A stretch of DNA of 64,000 bases from an uncultured Bacilli bacterium (GTDB lineage Bacteria > Bacillota_I > Bacilli_A > RF39 > UBA660), in NCBI GenBank assembly GCA_910586295.1, contig CAJUGE010000070.1:17032-81031 (forward strand). Direction: 5' to 3'. Both the position numbers and the translations under genes were made by a program. Numbering within the stretch: the first letter of the stretch is position 1; each line of letters opens with the position of its first letter. This document shows, one piece after another, positions 11,093 to 20,705 of the stretch. Under the pieces are notes generated by a model. That model searched no databases. It was not told where the DNA came from and saw nothing but the letters and a program-made list of their open reading frames with translations.

Positions 11093-13111
11093 ATGAGGAA
11101 AAATAATAGGAAAAAGTATTTTTTAATTACAGGGTTAGTTTTAATATTATTAGTGCTTCTTTTTGGAATATTATATTATGTAAACAATTCTAAGAATAAT
11201 TATTCTTTTGCTGAGAAGAATTGGATTAATAGTAATGTTGATAACATTAAGAATGTAAATGTTCAATCTGGCTTACCTATTTTTAGTGAAAATGGTGAAG
11301 GTGTATTTTATGATTATTTAAGGGAAATGGAAAAAGATACAGGTTTAACATTTAATATTACTGTTAGTTCTGATGGTAATTCTAGTGAATCATATAAGCT
11401 TTTAAATAAGAATGATATTGATAAAAACGACTTAGTCTTTTATACAGACCATTATGTTGTTATTAGTAAGTCTGATAAGCAATTAGTTGATTTATCTAAT
11501 ATTAATGAACAATTAATTGGTGTTATAGGTGAAGATAAAGAATATGTATCTAAGTATTTGAGTGATTATAATTTTGAAATTCAAGATTATGATAATTTTA
11601 CTAAAATGGATGAGGAAATGAATCATTCAATATATTATGCAATTATTCCTATGTATAGATATATGACTGATATAGTGTATAATAAATATAATATTGTGTA
11701 TCATATAGAAGGGCTACATTCTCATTATGTTTTGAGTAAATCTGTTGATAATGATATTTTGAGTAACGTACTCACAAAATTTTATAATAAATGGGAAGAT
11801 GAGATTTATACTAATATAAATAAGCATTTCTTAGCACTTTATTATAAATCTAATAGTTTGAGTGAACTTGAAAGAGAAACAATTACGGGTGATGATTTGT
11901 TAGTAGGTTATATAGAAAATATGCCTTATGAGGGTAAAATCAATAATCATTTTAGTGGTGTTACTAATGAATATTTAAGTTTATTTGCAGATATGACAGG
12001 CGCTACTTATAAATATATTAAGTATAATGATTTAAATAAGTTGACTGAGGCTCTTAATTCTAAGAAAGTTGATTTAGTTCTAAATTATTATAATATTAGT
12101 AGTCCTAGTTATCAATCAAGTGTTGGTCTTGGAAATATAAACTATGTTATTATTACTCATCATGATAATGTGATTCCAGTTGAAAGTTTAGAGAGTATTA
12201 AAGATGATAATATTAAGATGGTTAAAAATACTAAACTATATAATTTTATAAAAGATAAACAAATGGAAGTTCAAGATTATGATAATTATAGAGAGTTATT
12301 TAAAGATATGAATAATAGAGATGTAGTTATAATGGAGAAGAGTACTTTTGAATTTTATAAGAATAGTAAACTAAAAAATTATGTTATTAAATATATAGGT
12401 ACAAGTGATGTTAGTAATTCGTTCTTACTTAATAATGATAATAGAGTACTTAATGATATGTTTAATTTCTATTTGACTACATTAGGAAATAAATCAGTTC
12501 ATAATATGGCTGTAAGAGATTCTTTGCAAGATGTTAATGCTAATGTAATTATTCAGTTTGTAATTAGTAATATAACTTATATTTTAATCTTAGGTTTAGC
12601 AATAGCTTTCTTACTCTTTAAATTTAATAGGAAAGTTAAAGTTACTAAGAAGATTAAGAAAGAAGATAAGATGATGTACTTAGATATTATGACTAATCTT
12701 AAGAATAGAAATTATCTTAATGATAATCTTAACTATTGGGAATCTAATAAGATTTATCCACAATCTATAGTGGTAGTCGATTTGAATAATATTTCTACTA
12801 TTAATGATACTAAGGGGCATGAAGAAGGAGATAAACAAATTAAAGGTGCTGCTGGAATACTTATAAAAACTCAAAGGGAAAATTCTGAAATTATTAGAAC
12901 TGATGGAAATGAATTTTTGATATATTTAGTTGGATATGAAGAAAAACAGATAGTTACGTATGTTAATAAATTACTTAAAGAATTTAAGAATTTACCATAT
13001 GAGTATGGAGCTAGTGTTGGTTATTCTATGATTAATGCAGAGTCTACTACTATTGACGATGCTATTAATGAAGCACTTATTATGATGAGGAGAAATAAAG
13101 GGGAAAAATAA
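11093..13111 (+). CDS. Membrane sensor with a large extracytoplasmic domain between two transmembrane helices and a C-terminal GGDEF-like domain with a degenerate active site
   Basis: The C-terminal region LKNRNYLND...VVVDLNNISTINDTKGHEEGD...IRTDGNEFLIYL has a GGDEF fold, but the signature is RTDGNEF instead of RxGGEEF. Confidence 0.6.
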   Translation: MRKNNRKKYFLITGLVLILLVLLFGILYYVNNSKNNYSFAEKNWINSNVDNIKNVNVQSGLPIFSENGEGVFYDYLREMEKDTGLTFNITVSSDGNSSESYKLLNKNDIDKNDLVFYTDHYVVISKSDKQLVDLSNINEQLIGVIGEDKEYVSKYLSDYNFEIQDYDNFTKMDEEMNHSIYYAIIPMYRYMTDIVYNKYNIVYHIEGLHSHYVLSKSVDNDILSNVLTKFYNKWEDEIYTNINKHFLALYYKSNSLSELERETITGDDLLVGYIENMPYEGKINNHFSGVTNEYLSLFADMTGATYKYIKYNDLNKLTEALNSKKVDLVLNYYNISSPSYQSSVGLGNINYVIITHHDNVIPVESLESIKDDNIKMVKNTKLYNFIKDKQMEVQDYDNYRELFKDMNNRDVVIMEKSTFEFYKNSKLKNYVIKYIGTSDVSNSFLLNNDNRVLNDMFNFYLTTLGNKSVHNMAVRDSLQDVNANVIIQFVISNITYILILGLAIAFLLFKFNRKVKVTKKIKKEDKMMYLDIMTNLKNRNYLNDNLNYWESNKIYPQSIVVVDLNNISTINDTKGHEEGDKQIKGAAGILIKTQRENSEIIRTDGNEFLIYLVGYEEKQIVTYVNKLLKEFKNLPYEYGASVGYSMINAESTTIDDAINEALIMMRRNKGEK

Positions 13112-13112
13112 T

Positions 13113-13991
13113 ATGATAGATAAGATAAAAGATTTTGTTAAAAATGTTTTAGATATTATGAGGAAACCTGAGATGCTTACTTTACCTAGTACACTTGCTT
13201 ACTATTTCGTTTTAAGTGCTGTACCTATTATATCTATAGTACTTTTGATAGCAACTTCTTTTAACTTGTCTGCTTCTTTTATTATAGATTTTATTGCTGA
13301 CAATTTTAGTGAGGATTTGGTAAATCTTCTTACTCCTTTATTTTCTGAACAGACTTTTTCTTTAGGTTTTATGGTTTATCTTGGAGTTTCTTTCTTTCTT
13401 GCCAGTAATGGTAGTGATTCTATAATTGTTGCTTCAAATATGATTTTTAATTTAGAAAATAAGCATTATATTAAAAGAAGAATTAAAGCATTTGGAATAA
13501 CATTAATTATTTTCTTACTTTTTACATTTATGTTGATAGTTCCATTGTTTGGTGAGCAGATTATTGCTATTTGTATAAGTTTGGGTGTTAGAAATTCTAT
13601 TGTTGATGTAATGAAAATGCTTTATCCAGTGTTAAATGTTCCAGTAACTTTAATAGTCATGTATTTTGCAATAAAGCTAATTTACGTTATAGCACCAGAT
13701 GATAAAATTAAAAGTAAATATGTAACTAAAGGTGCTGTATTTACAACTACTCTTTGGTTTATTGTAACCATGATTTATTCTTATTATATTAAAAATCTTG
13801 CAGATTATAGTCATTATTATGCTGGACTTGGTACTATAGTTATGCTTATGGTATGGCTTTATATTTTGGCATTTATATTTGTTATAGGTATAAGCTTGAA
13901 TTATAGAAATGCAACTGAAGAGATAGAGAGAACTAATACTATTAAGTTAAAAGAACTTGAAGAAAGAGTTAGGGCTAGTAAAGTAAAATAG
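13113..13991 (+). CDS. YihY/BrkB-family (formerly RNase BN) integral membrane protein
   Basis: The N-terminal LTLPSTLAYYFVLSAVPIISIVL is characteristic of the YihY family. About six transmembrane helices. Confidence 0.7.
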   Translation: MIDKIKDFVKNVLDIMRKPEMLTLPSTLAYYFVLSAVPIISIVLLIATSFNLSASFIIDFIADNFSEDLVNLLTPLFSEQTFSLGFMVYLGVSFFLASNGSDSIIVASNMIFNLENKHYIKRRIKAFGITLIIFLLFTFMLIVPLFGEQIIAICISLGVRNSIVDVMKMLYPVLNVPVTLIVMYFAIKLIYVIAPDDKIKSKYVTKGAVFTTTLWFIVTMIYSYYIKNLADYSHYYAGLGTIVMLMVWLYILAFIFVIGISLNYRNATEEIERTNTIKLKELEERVRASKVK

Positions 13992-14340
13992 GCAATACTT
14001 TTAATTATGTAGAGACTAGTGTTTCTTACAAAATCGTAAGAGCAAATTGGTCTTTTTTTCTGTATAATTATATTTGTTAAGTGAAGTTAACAAAAAAGTA
14101 ATGAGTAGTTGGTGGAATGCAACTAAGTTATTGTTTAAAATAAGACTAATATTAAGGTGAAGTTTATAATATATGAATAGAACTTCTTTAATTGTTATTA
14201 AGTTAGGTGGTGTTTTTAAAAGAAAGGTTATTGGGAGTGAAGGTGTAAGCATAGTTCTTTGGAAAATAAAGAAAATTAATTTAAGTTTTAATAATTTTTC
14301 ATATACTGGAGAAATATTACAGTTTGGGGTATAATAGTTA

Positions 14341-14737
14341 TTATGGCATTTTTAAAATATTGTGTTATGCCTACATATTTTTATAAATTTAAATATTTGA
14401 TTTGCAGGAGTAAAAAGAGTGATTATATTTCTTTGACATTTGGTAATGTGCCTAATGAGTATAATGAAAAGTTTTTTGACTTATCTAAAGGATAGGATTT
14501 TAACTGTACTTTCTTTTTGGATGAAGATTTTGTTTTTAAGTATAGAGATATAGTTTCTAGAATGTTAACTGATAGTCATTTGGTAGGAGTTTATTCTTGT
14601 TAACATATGAATCCTTGGAGTGTTGATTATTTAAGGGCTAATATGGATTTTATAAATGGTATTAATGTTTTAGAAGAGATTGGTATTTCTGTTAAATTTT
14701 ATAGAGTATTTTCGGAGAATAATTTGTTTAAATTATG
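14341..14737 (+). pseudogene. Remnant of a polysaccharide deacetylase (NodB-type) gene
   Basis: A disrupted frame reads ISLTFGNVPNEYNEKFFDLSKG*DFNCTFFLDEDFVFKYRDIVSRMLTDSHLVGVYSC*HMNPWS. This matches the TFDDGP...ATFF...GHE.G.H..H order with internal stops. A second similar fragment, KINLSFNNFSYTGEILQFGV, lies just upstream. Confidence 0.35.
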
Positions 14738-14839
14738 AAAGAGGAAAAGTTGAAGTCTCTTTAATAACTTTGGAAGTTTTAAGAGAGACTGTACTTGATT
14801 TGATTAGTATGATTTATTGTTTTAGGAGATTAGATAGGT

Positions 14840-15877
14840 ATGATGAAGAATAGGAAATTAAGAATTATATATTTTTTGATATTTTTGATATGCGTTGTAG
14901 GGACTTTTTATGTTGTCTTTAAGAAAAATGATGTTAATTTGATTTTGAGTAATATTTCTAAGACTGATTTTAAATTTATATTTTTGGCAATTTTATGTAT
15001 GTTTGCATATATTAGTGGAGAGGGTATTAATATTAGGCGTGTTCTTGTTACTAGTGGACATAAAGTAAACTTTTTTAGTGCTTTTAAGTATGCAGCAGTA
15101 GGCTTCTTCTTTAGTTCAATTACTCCTTCTGCAACTGGAGGAGATCCTGCTCAACTGTTTTTTATGGCTAAAGATAATCTTCCTGTAACTCACAGTGTTT
15201 TAGCTCTTCTGGTGGAGTTATCTAGCTTTCAGGCAGTTTTATGTATCTTGTCTTTAGTTGGACTTATTGTTAATTTTGATCTGTTAATAAATTCTAGTAG
15301 TATAAAGTATTTTTTAATTTTAGGTATGATTATAAATATTCTTTATTTGACTTTTCTTATAATGATGATTTTTTCTAAAAAAACTGTTATAAAAATTATT
15401 AATTTTATTTATAGAGTTTTTGGTAGAATTTCTAAGAAAAGTGATTTGATTTATGATAAATGTTTAAAACAAGTTGATGATTATCATGAGTGCGCTATTT
15501 ATTTGAAAAGTCATAAGATTGTACTTCTAAAAATCTTTTTGACTACGATGATACAGATGATACTTTATTATAGCGTTCCATACTTTGTTTATAGATCTTT
15601 AGGTTTACAAGGAGAGAACATTTTTACATTTGTACTGTTACAAGCATCTCTTAGTATGGCTATTTCTTATATGCCGATGCCTGGTACAGTAGGTGCTAGT
15701 GAAGGTGCATTTATGTTAGTCTTTAAGTCGCTTTTTCCTGCTAGTGTTTTAAGTAGTGCTATGTTAGTCAGTAGAGGTGTTAGCTTTTATTTGTTTGTTG
15801 TAATTAGTGGATTTATTATTTTAAGTAGCATTATTTATGAAAAATTATGTAAAAAAAATAAGAGTATTTGTGTATAA
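14840..15877 (+). CDS. Flippase-like membrane protein (UPF0104 / lysyl-PG synthase transmembrane-region family)
   Basis: 345 aa with about eight transmembrane helices. The N-terminal LRIIYFLIFLICVVGTFYVVFKK...ILCMFAYISGEGINIRRVL is typical of the PF03706 family. Confidence 0.55.
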   Translation: MMKNRKLRIIYFLIFLICVVGTFYVVFKKNDVNLILSNISKTDFKFIFLAILCMFAYISGEGINIRRVLVTSGHKVNFFSAFKYAAVGFFFSSITPSATGGDPAQLFFMAKDNLPVTHSVLALLVELSSFQAVLCILSLVGLIVNFDLLINSSSIKYFLILGMIINILYLTFLIMMIFSKKTVIKIINFIYRVFGRISKKSDLIYDKCLKQVDDYHECAIYLKSHKIVLLKIFLTTMIQMILYYSVPYFVYRSLGLQGENIFTFVLLQASLSMAISYMPMPGTVGASEGAFMLVFKSLFPASVLSSAMLVSRGVSFYLFVVISGFIILSSIIYEKLCKKNKSICV

Positions 15878-15890
15878 CTACTCTTTTTAT

Positions 15891-15919
15891 TTGATTTAAA
15901 GTTACGATTGTGTTATTAT
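15891..15919 (+). promoter_or_regulatory. Sigma-A-type promoter (TTGATT-N17-TATTAT) for the first giant repeat gene
   Basis: The -35 and -10 hexamers and 17-nt spacer are conserved with the duplicated copy at 18841..18869. Confidence 0.45.
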
Positions 15920-15947
15920 TTAAGATAGATACTAGGGAGGATTTATT

Positions 15948-18752
15948 ATGAGTTTAAAAGGCCCTTATACTGAGGAAGAGAAAAAAATTATTGAAGAAGA
16001 TGGCTTATACTATGAAATGGGAGAATCTAAATATGAGAAGAAAAAAAGATTTATTTTAATTTTTGTATTCTTTGTCCTTCTTTTAGGACTTACTGCTTTA
16101 GGTACTTGGTCTTTTGTTAAGTATTTTCGTGATAGTACTAATGGATTAAATATCGATTTAAATGGTGACAGGTGGCCAGATCTGAATATTGATTTAGATA
16201 ACGATGGCAAATGCGATGTAAACTGTGATATAGACGGAGATGGTAAGCCAGATATTAATATTAGTTATCCTAAGTATGGAAGATTACATGCAGCAATATT
16301 CAATGTAGATACCGATGGAGATGGCAAACCTGATTGGAACTTAATTAATCAAGATACCGATGGAGATGGCAAATGTGATTTAAACTGCGATATAGATAAT
16401 GATGGGTGGCCAGATACTAATTTAGATTTAGATGGAGATGGCAAGCCAGATATTAATATCGATACAGATGGAGACGGTAAATGCGATTTAAATTGTGATT
16501 TAGATGGAGATATGAAGCCAGATTTAAACATCGATACAGATGGAGACGGCAAATGTGATGTAAACTGTGATACTGATGGCGATGGCAAACCAGATATTAA
16601 TATTACTATAAAAGGTGATCCTGAAGATAAGCCTATATTTAATATCGATATAGATGGAGATGGTAAGCCAGATAAGAATTTGACAAATCAAGATACAGAT
16701 GGAGATGGCAAGTGCGATTTGAATTGTGATATTGATAAAGATGGATGGCCAGATACTAATTTAGATATAGACGGAGATGGCAAGCCAGATATTAATATCG
16801 ATACAGATGGAGACGGTAAGTGTGATTTAAATTGTAATACTGATGGAACAGGTAAATGTAATTATAATTGTGACACTGATGGAGACGGAAAACCAGATAC
16901 TAATATAGATACAAATGGTAATAAGCTTCCAGATATGAATTTGGATATTGATGGAGATGGCAAACCAGATGTTAATGTAGATAAAGATGGGGATGGCAAA
17001 CCAGATGATAATCTAATGAATCAAGATACAAATAAAGATGGTATTTGTGATTTAAATTGTGATACAAATGGAGATGAGTGGCCAGATACTAATATAGACA
17101 TAGACGGAGATGGTAAACCAGATATTAATATAGATGTTGATAATGATGGAGTATGTGATTATAATTGTGATGCTGATGGAGATGGCAAACCAGATGATAA
17201 TCTTATGAATCAAGATAAAGATGGAGATGGCAAGTGCGACTTGAATTGTGATACAGATGGAGATGGCAAGCCAGATATTAATATTGATGCAAACGGAGAC
17301 GGTAAATGTGATTTGAATTGTGACACTGATGGAGATGGTAAGTGTGATTTAAATTGTGATACAAACGGAGACGGTAAGTGTGATAAGAATTGTGATATAA
17401 ATGGCGATGACAAGTGTGACAGAAATTGTTATGATAACAATGATAAATGTATAAAGAATTGTGACACTGACGGAGACGGTAAGTGTGATACAAATTGTTA
17501 TGAGAATCCGAATAAACCAGATTTGTGTACAAAAAATTGTGATACAAATGGTGATGGCAAATGTGATTTGAATTGCGATACTGATGGAGATGGTAAGTGT
17601 GATAAGAATTGTGACACTGATGGAGATGGCAAGTGCGATGTTGATTGTTATGATAACAATGATAAATGTATAAAGAATTGCGATACCGATGGAGACGGTA
17701 AGTGTGATACAAATTGTTATGAGAATCCAGATAAACCTGGAGTTTGTACAAAAAATTGTGATTTTGACGGAGACGGTAAGTGTGATTTAAATTGTGATAC
17801 CGATGGAGATGGCAAGTGCGATGTGAATTGTTATGAGAATCCAAGTAAACCAGATGTGTGTACAAAGAATTGTGATACAGATGGCGATGGTAATTGTGAT
17901 GTGAATTGTCATGAGAATCCAAGTAAACCAGATGTGTGTACAAGAAACTGTGATTATGATGGAGATGGCGAGTGTGATTTAAACTGTAACGAAGATCCAA
18001 ATAAACCAGGGGTGTGTACAAAAGATTGTGATACAGATGGCGATGGTATTTGTGACTTGAATTGTACTTGTAAGGAAAATTGTGATGATAATAAGGATGG
18101 GGTTTGTGATAGAAATTGTTACGATGATCCAAATAATCCTAATGTATGTACTAAAAACTGTGATACTGATGGAGACGATAAATGTGATGTCAATTGTTAT
18201 GAGAATCCAGATAATCCTAATATGTGTACTAAGAACTGTGATACTGATGGAGATGGGGTTTGTGACTACAATTGTTATGATGAAAATGGAAACTGTACTA
18301 AAGAGTGTGACACTGATGGAGATGGTAAGTGTGATATTGAATGTGATGATGAGGTTGTTCTTGGTCAATTAACATTTGTTGATACTAATAAACTTAATAG
18401 TAACGCTTTGGTTCCAGGATGGACAGGAAGTAAAACATTTATTGTTATGAATAATAGTACTTCAGTAGTTAAGTATAAGATATCTTGGACTAATATTATT
18501 AATACTTTCACTTCAACTAATAATTTATATTATGGTTTGGTTAGAAATGGAAATACTCTTGCTGATATAGAGACTGCTAGAGTTCCTAGAAATGTTGATC
18601 AAGGTAAGAGTCTAGTAGATAATGTTTCTATTCAACCAGGTGAAATTCATACTTATACTATTACTTATGAGTTTAGAAATACTGAATTTAATCAAGATGT
18701 AGATAAGGATAAGACATTTAGTACTAAGCTTAGAGTTGATACTTTAAATTAA
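15948..18752 (+). CDS. Giant membrane-anchored protein of 934 aa. It has a short cytoplasmic N-terminus, one transmembrane helix, more than 40 Asp- and Cys-rich Ca-binding-type repeats of the form DxDGDGK(P/C)DxN(I/C)D (thrombospondin type 3 or dockerin-like), and a C-terminal TasA/camelysin-like domain.
   Basis: The transmembrane helix is FILIFVFFVLLLGLTALGTWSFV, with a KKKR flank on its cytoplasmic side. Repeats such as DTDGDGKCDLNCD and DIDGDGKPDINI recur throughout. The C-terminus, GQLTFVDTNKLNSNALVPGWTGSKTFIVMNNSTS...QDVDKDKTFSTKLRV, aligns with the TasA mature N-terminus (ATFASGTLDL...KPGDKLTKDFQFENNGS) and with the three small proteins downstream. Confidence 0.8.
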   Translation: MSLKGPYTEEEKKIIEEDGLYYEMGESKYEKKKRFILIFVFFVLLLGLTALGTWSFVKYFRDSTNGLNIDLNGDRWPDLNIDLDNDGKCDVNCDIDGDGKPDINISYPKYGRLHAAIFNVDTDGDGKPDWNLINQDTDGDGKCDLNCDIDNDGWPDTNLDLDGDGKPDINIDTDGDGKCDLNCDLDGDMKPDLNIDTDGDGKCDVNCDTDGDGKPDINITIKGDPEDKPIFNIDIDGDGKPDKNLTNQDTDGDGKCDLNCDIDKDGWPDTNLDIDGDGKPDINIDTDGDGKCDLNCNTDGTGKCNYNCDTDGDGKPDTNIDTNGNKLPDMNLDIDGDGKPDVNVDKDGDGKPDDNLMNQDTNKDGICDLNCDTNGDEWPDTNIDIDGDGKPDINIDVDNDGVCDYNCDADGDGKPDDNLMNQDKDGDGKCDLNCDTDGDGKPDINIDANGDGKCDLNCDTDGDGKCDLNCDTNGDGKCDKNCDINGDDKCDRNCYDNNDKCIKNCDTDGDGKCDTNCYENPNKPDLCTKNCDTNGDGKCDLNCDTDGDGKCDKNCDTDGDGKCDVDCYDNNDKCIKNCDTDGDGKCDTNCYENPDKPGVCTKNCDFDGDGKCDLNCDTDGDGKCDVNCYENPSKPDVCTKNCDTDGDGNCDVNCHENPSKPDVCTRNCDYDGDGECDLNCNEDPNKPGVCTKDCDTDGDGICDLNCTCKENCDDNKDGVCDRNCYDDPNNPNVCTKNCDTDGDDKCDVNCYENPDNPNMCTKNCDTDGDGVCDYNCYDENGNCTKECDTDGDGKCDIECDDEVVLGQLTFVDTNKLNSNALVPGWTGSKTFIVMNNSTSVVKYKISWTNIINTFTSTNNLYYGLVRNGNTLADIETARVPRNVDQGKSLVDNVSIQPGEIHTYTITYEFRNTEFNQDVDKDKTFSTKLRVDTLN

Positions 18753-18840
18753 ATTAAAATAAAAGGAATTGTTATTAAAATATAGCAGTTCTTTTTTTAG
18801 TAAAGTTAATGGTAAGTGTAATCATTTTATTTGATTTAAG

Positions 18841-18869
18841 TATGTGTTTGTGTTATTATTTAAAGTAGA
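18841..18869 (+). promoter_or_regulatory. Sigma-A-type promoter (TTGATT-N17-TATTAT) for the second giant repeat gene
   Basis: Duplicate of the 15891..15919 upstream region. About 55 bp are conserved across the two copies. Confidence 0.45.
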
Positions 18870-18888
18870 ATAATAGGGAGACGATAAT

Positions 18889-20571
18889 ATGGATAGAGAA
18901 AGATATGAGCAAATTAGAAGAGAAGAAGAAAAGAGACGTATACTTGAGGAGGATGGATTATATTTTAGAGATCCTAAGAATAAAAAGCAAAAAACCAAGC
19001 AAAAGGTTATGATGATATTTTCTTTAATTATATTTATGGGTGCAACTGTTGCGACGACTTTAGTCATTATCAATTATTTTCATGCTAGAAAGACATTAGC
19101 TGTTAATATCGATACCGATGAAGATGGATGGCCAGATTTAAACGTTGATGTTAATGGTGATGGCAAATGTGAAGTTAATTGTGATACAGATGGTGACAAT
19201 AAGCCAGATACTAATATAGGTTATAAAAAAACTTTAATTGCATTTTTTAATATAGATATAGATGGAGATGGCAAACCAGATAGTAATCTAATAAACCAAG
19301 ATATAAATGGTGATGGCAAGTGTGACTTGAATTGTGATACAAATGGTGATGGATATCCTGATACAAATTTAGATTTTAGTAGTACTGGAGTTGCGAGAAT
19401 TAATATTGATAATAATAATGATGGAAAGTGTGATTTGAATTGTGATGTTTTAGGTTTAAGGACTGCTCAGGTAAATATAGATACTGATAAAGATGGCAAG
19501 CCAGATGTTAATATCGATATTAATAATGATGATAAACCAGAAGTTAATGTTACATATGGAAGTGATTATGAAAATCCAATTTTTGGTATAGATACTAATG
19601 GAGATGGCAAGCCAGATGAAAATTTAATAAACCAGACGAAAAATGGTAAGTGTGAGGTTAATTGTGTTTTAGAAAATGGTTACTTTCCAGTTTTAAATGT
19701 TGATATGGATGGTGACGGAGAAGCAGACATAAATCTTGATACTAATGGAGATAATTTGGCTGAGTTAAATATAGATATAATTGGCGATGGTAAGTGTGAT
19801 TTAAATTGTGATACAGATAATGATGGTATAGCAGATATTAATGTTAGCTTGGGAAATAATGTTTACATAAATCTTGATTATGATAGAGATGGTAAAGCAG
19901 ACATAAATCTTGATACTAATGGAGATAATATTCCAGATAAAAATTTAATGAATCAAGAAGAAAATGGTAAGTGTATTTTGAATTGTGATTTAGATGGTAA
20001 TGGAATACCTGATATAAATATAGACATTGATGGAGATGGCAAAGCAGATGTTAATATTGATTTAAATGATGATGGTAAGGCTGATGCTAATCTTGATACT
20101 GATGATGATAGAAAACCTGATAGAGATATAATTGATACTAAAGCCGATATAGTAAAGGATGTCCTAATTTCGGCTAAAGAATTGTCTTATAGTTTGGATT
20201 ATTTAGATAAGTATCCAAATTTTAGTGAAATGATTCCTGGATGGAAAGGTACAAAAACCTTTAAGGTTACTAATAATAGTAGTGAGACTATTATCTATGA
20301 TATTGAATGGGATGATTTAGTTAATACTTTTACTTATGAAAATAGACCTTTTTATAGTGTTGTAAAGGATGGTAATACTTTAGTTGCTATTCAAAATGGT
20401 AGATTTTCGTATTCTGCTAATAATGGTGAAAAGTTTGTTAGTAGTATTAGTATAAAACCTGGTGAAACTCATAATTATGTAATAAACTATGAATTTAATA
20501 AAAATAATACTGATCAGAGTGTTGATAATGGCAAGATAATTTTTGGAAGGTTAAAGATTGTCACTAAATAA
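18889..20571 (+). CDS. Paralog of the giant repeat protein, 560 aa, with the same architecture: cytoplasmic N-terminus, transmembrane helix, DxDGDGK Ca-binding repeats, and a TasA-like C-terminal domain.
   Basis: EEDGLYF plus a K-rich stretch plus the transmembrane helix MMIFSLIIFMGATVATTLVII. Repeats such as DIDGDGKPDSNL and DGDGKCDLNCD. C-terminal IPGWKGTKTFKVTNNSS...QSVDNGKIIFGRLKIV. Confidence 0.8.
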   Translation: MDRERYEQIRREEEKRRILEEDGLYFRDPKNKKQKTKQKVMMIFSLIIFMGATVATTLVIINYFHARKTLAVNIDTDEDGWPDLNVDVNGDGKCEVNCDTDGDNKPDTNIGYKKTLIAFFNIDIDGDGKPDSNLINQDINGDGKCDLNCDTNGDGYPDTNLDFSSTGVARINIDNNNDGKCDLNCDVLGLRTAQVNIDTDKDGKPDVNIDINNDDKPEVNVTYGSDYENPIFGIDTNGDGKPDENLINQTKNGKCEVNCVLENGYFPVLNVDMDGDGEADINLDTNGDNLAELNIDIIGDGKCDLNCDTDNDGIADINVSLGNNVYINLDYDRDGKADINLDTNGDNIPDKNLMNQEENGKCILNCDLDGNGIPDINIDIDGDGKADVNIDLNDDGKADANLDTDDDRKPDRDIIDTKADIVKDVLISAKELSYSLDYLDKYPNFSEMIPGWKGTKTFKVTNNSSETIIYDIEWDDLVNTFTYENRPFYSVVKDGNTLVAIQNGRFSYSANNGEKFVSSISIKPGETHNYVINYEFNKNNTDQSVDNGKIIFGRLKIVTK

Positions 20572-20705
20572 TAAAAGATTCGCTTAATTGCGTTTTTTTT
20601 TATTTGTATTTATTTGTTGTAAATTGTCATAAATAATTTTAAGTTTTTCTTGCTTTTCTTAGTAACTCTTGGTATGATTGTATATAGTAAAGGAGGTAAA
20701 GAACT

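Noticed and set aside
14016-14252. Minus-strand 78-aa ORF in the yihY to flippase-like gene gap
   Set aside because: No RBS and no motifs. The region is better explained as deacetylase pseudogene debris on the plus strand.
16100-18350. A CRISPR array was considered, because of the regular periodicity of about 39 nt
   Set aside because: The periodicity lies within one continuous 934-codon ORF with variable repeat units and no conserved direct repeat separated by unique spacers. It is protein-coding repeats, not CRISPR. No cas genes are in the window.
16349-18372. Antisense and alternate-frame ORFs listed by the six-frame track (16349-16588 -, 17210-17413 -, 17278-18132 -, 17979-18368 -, 18082-18372 +), with low-complexity H/Y/N-rich or S/P-rich translations
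   Set aside because: They lie entirely inside the repeat region of the giant Asp-rich protein gene. Their periodic composition reflects the coding repeat read in other frames. They have no RBS and no independent signal.
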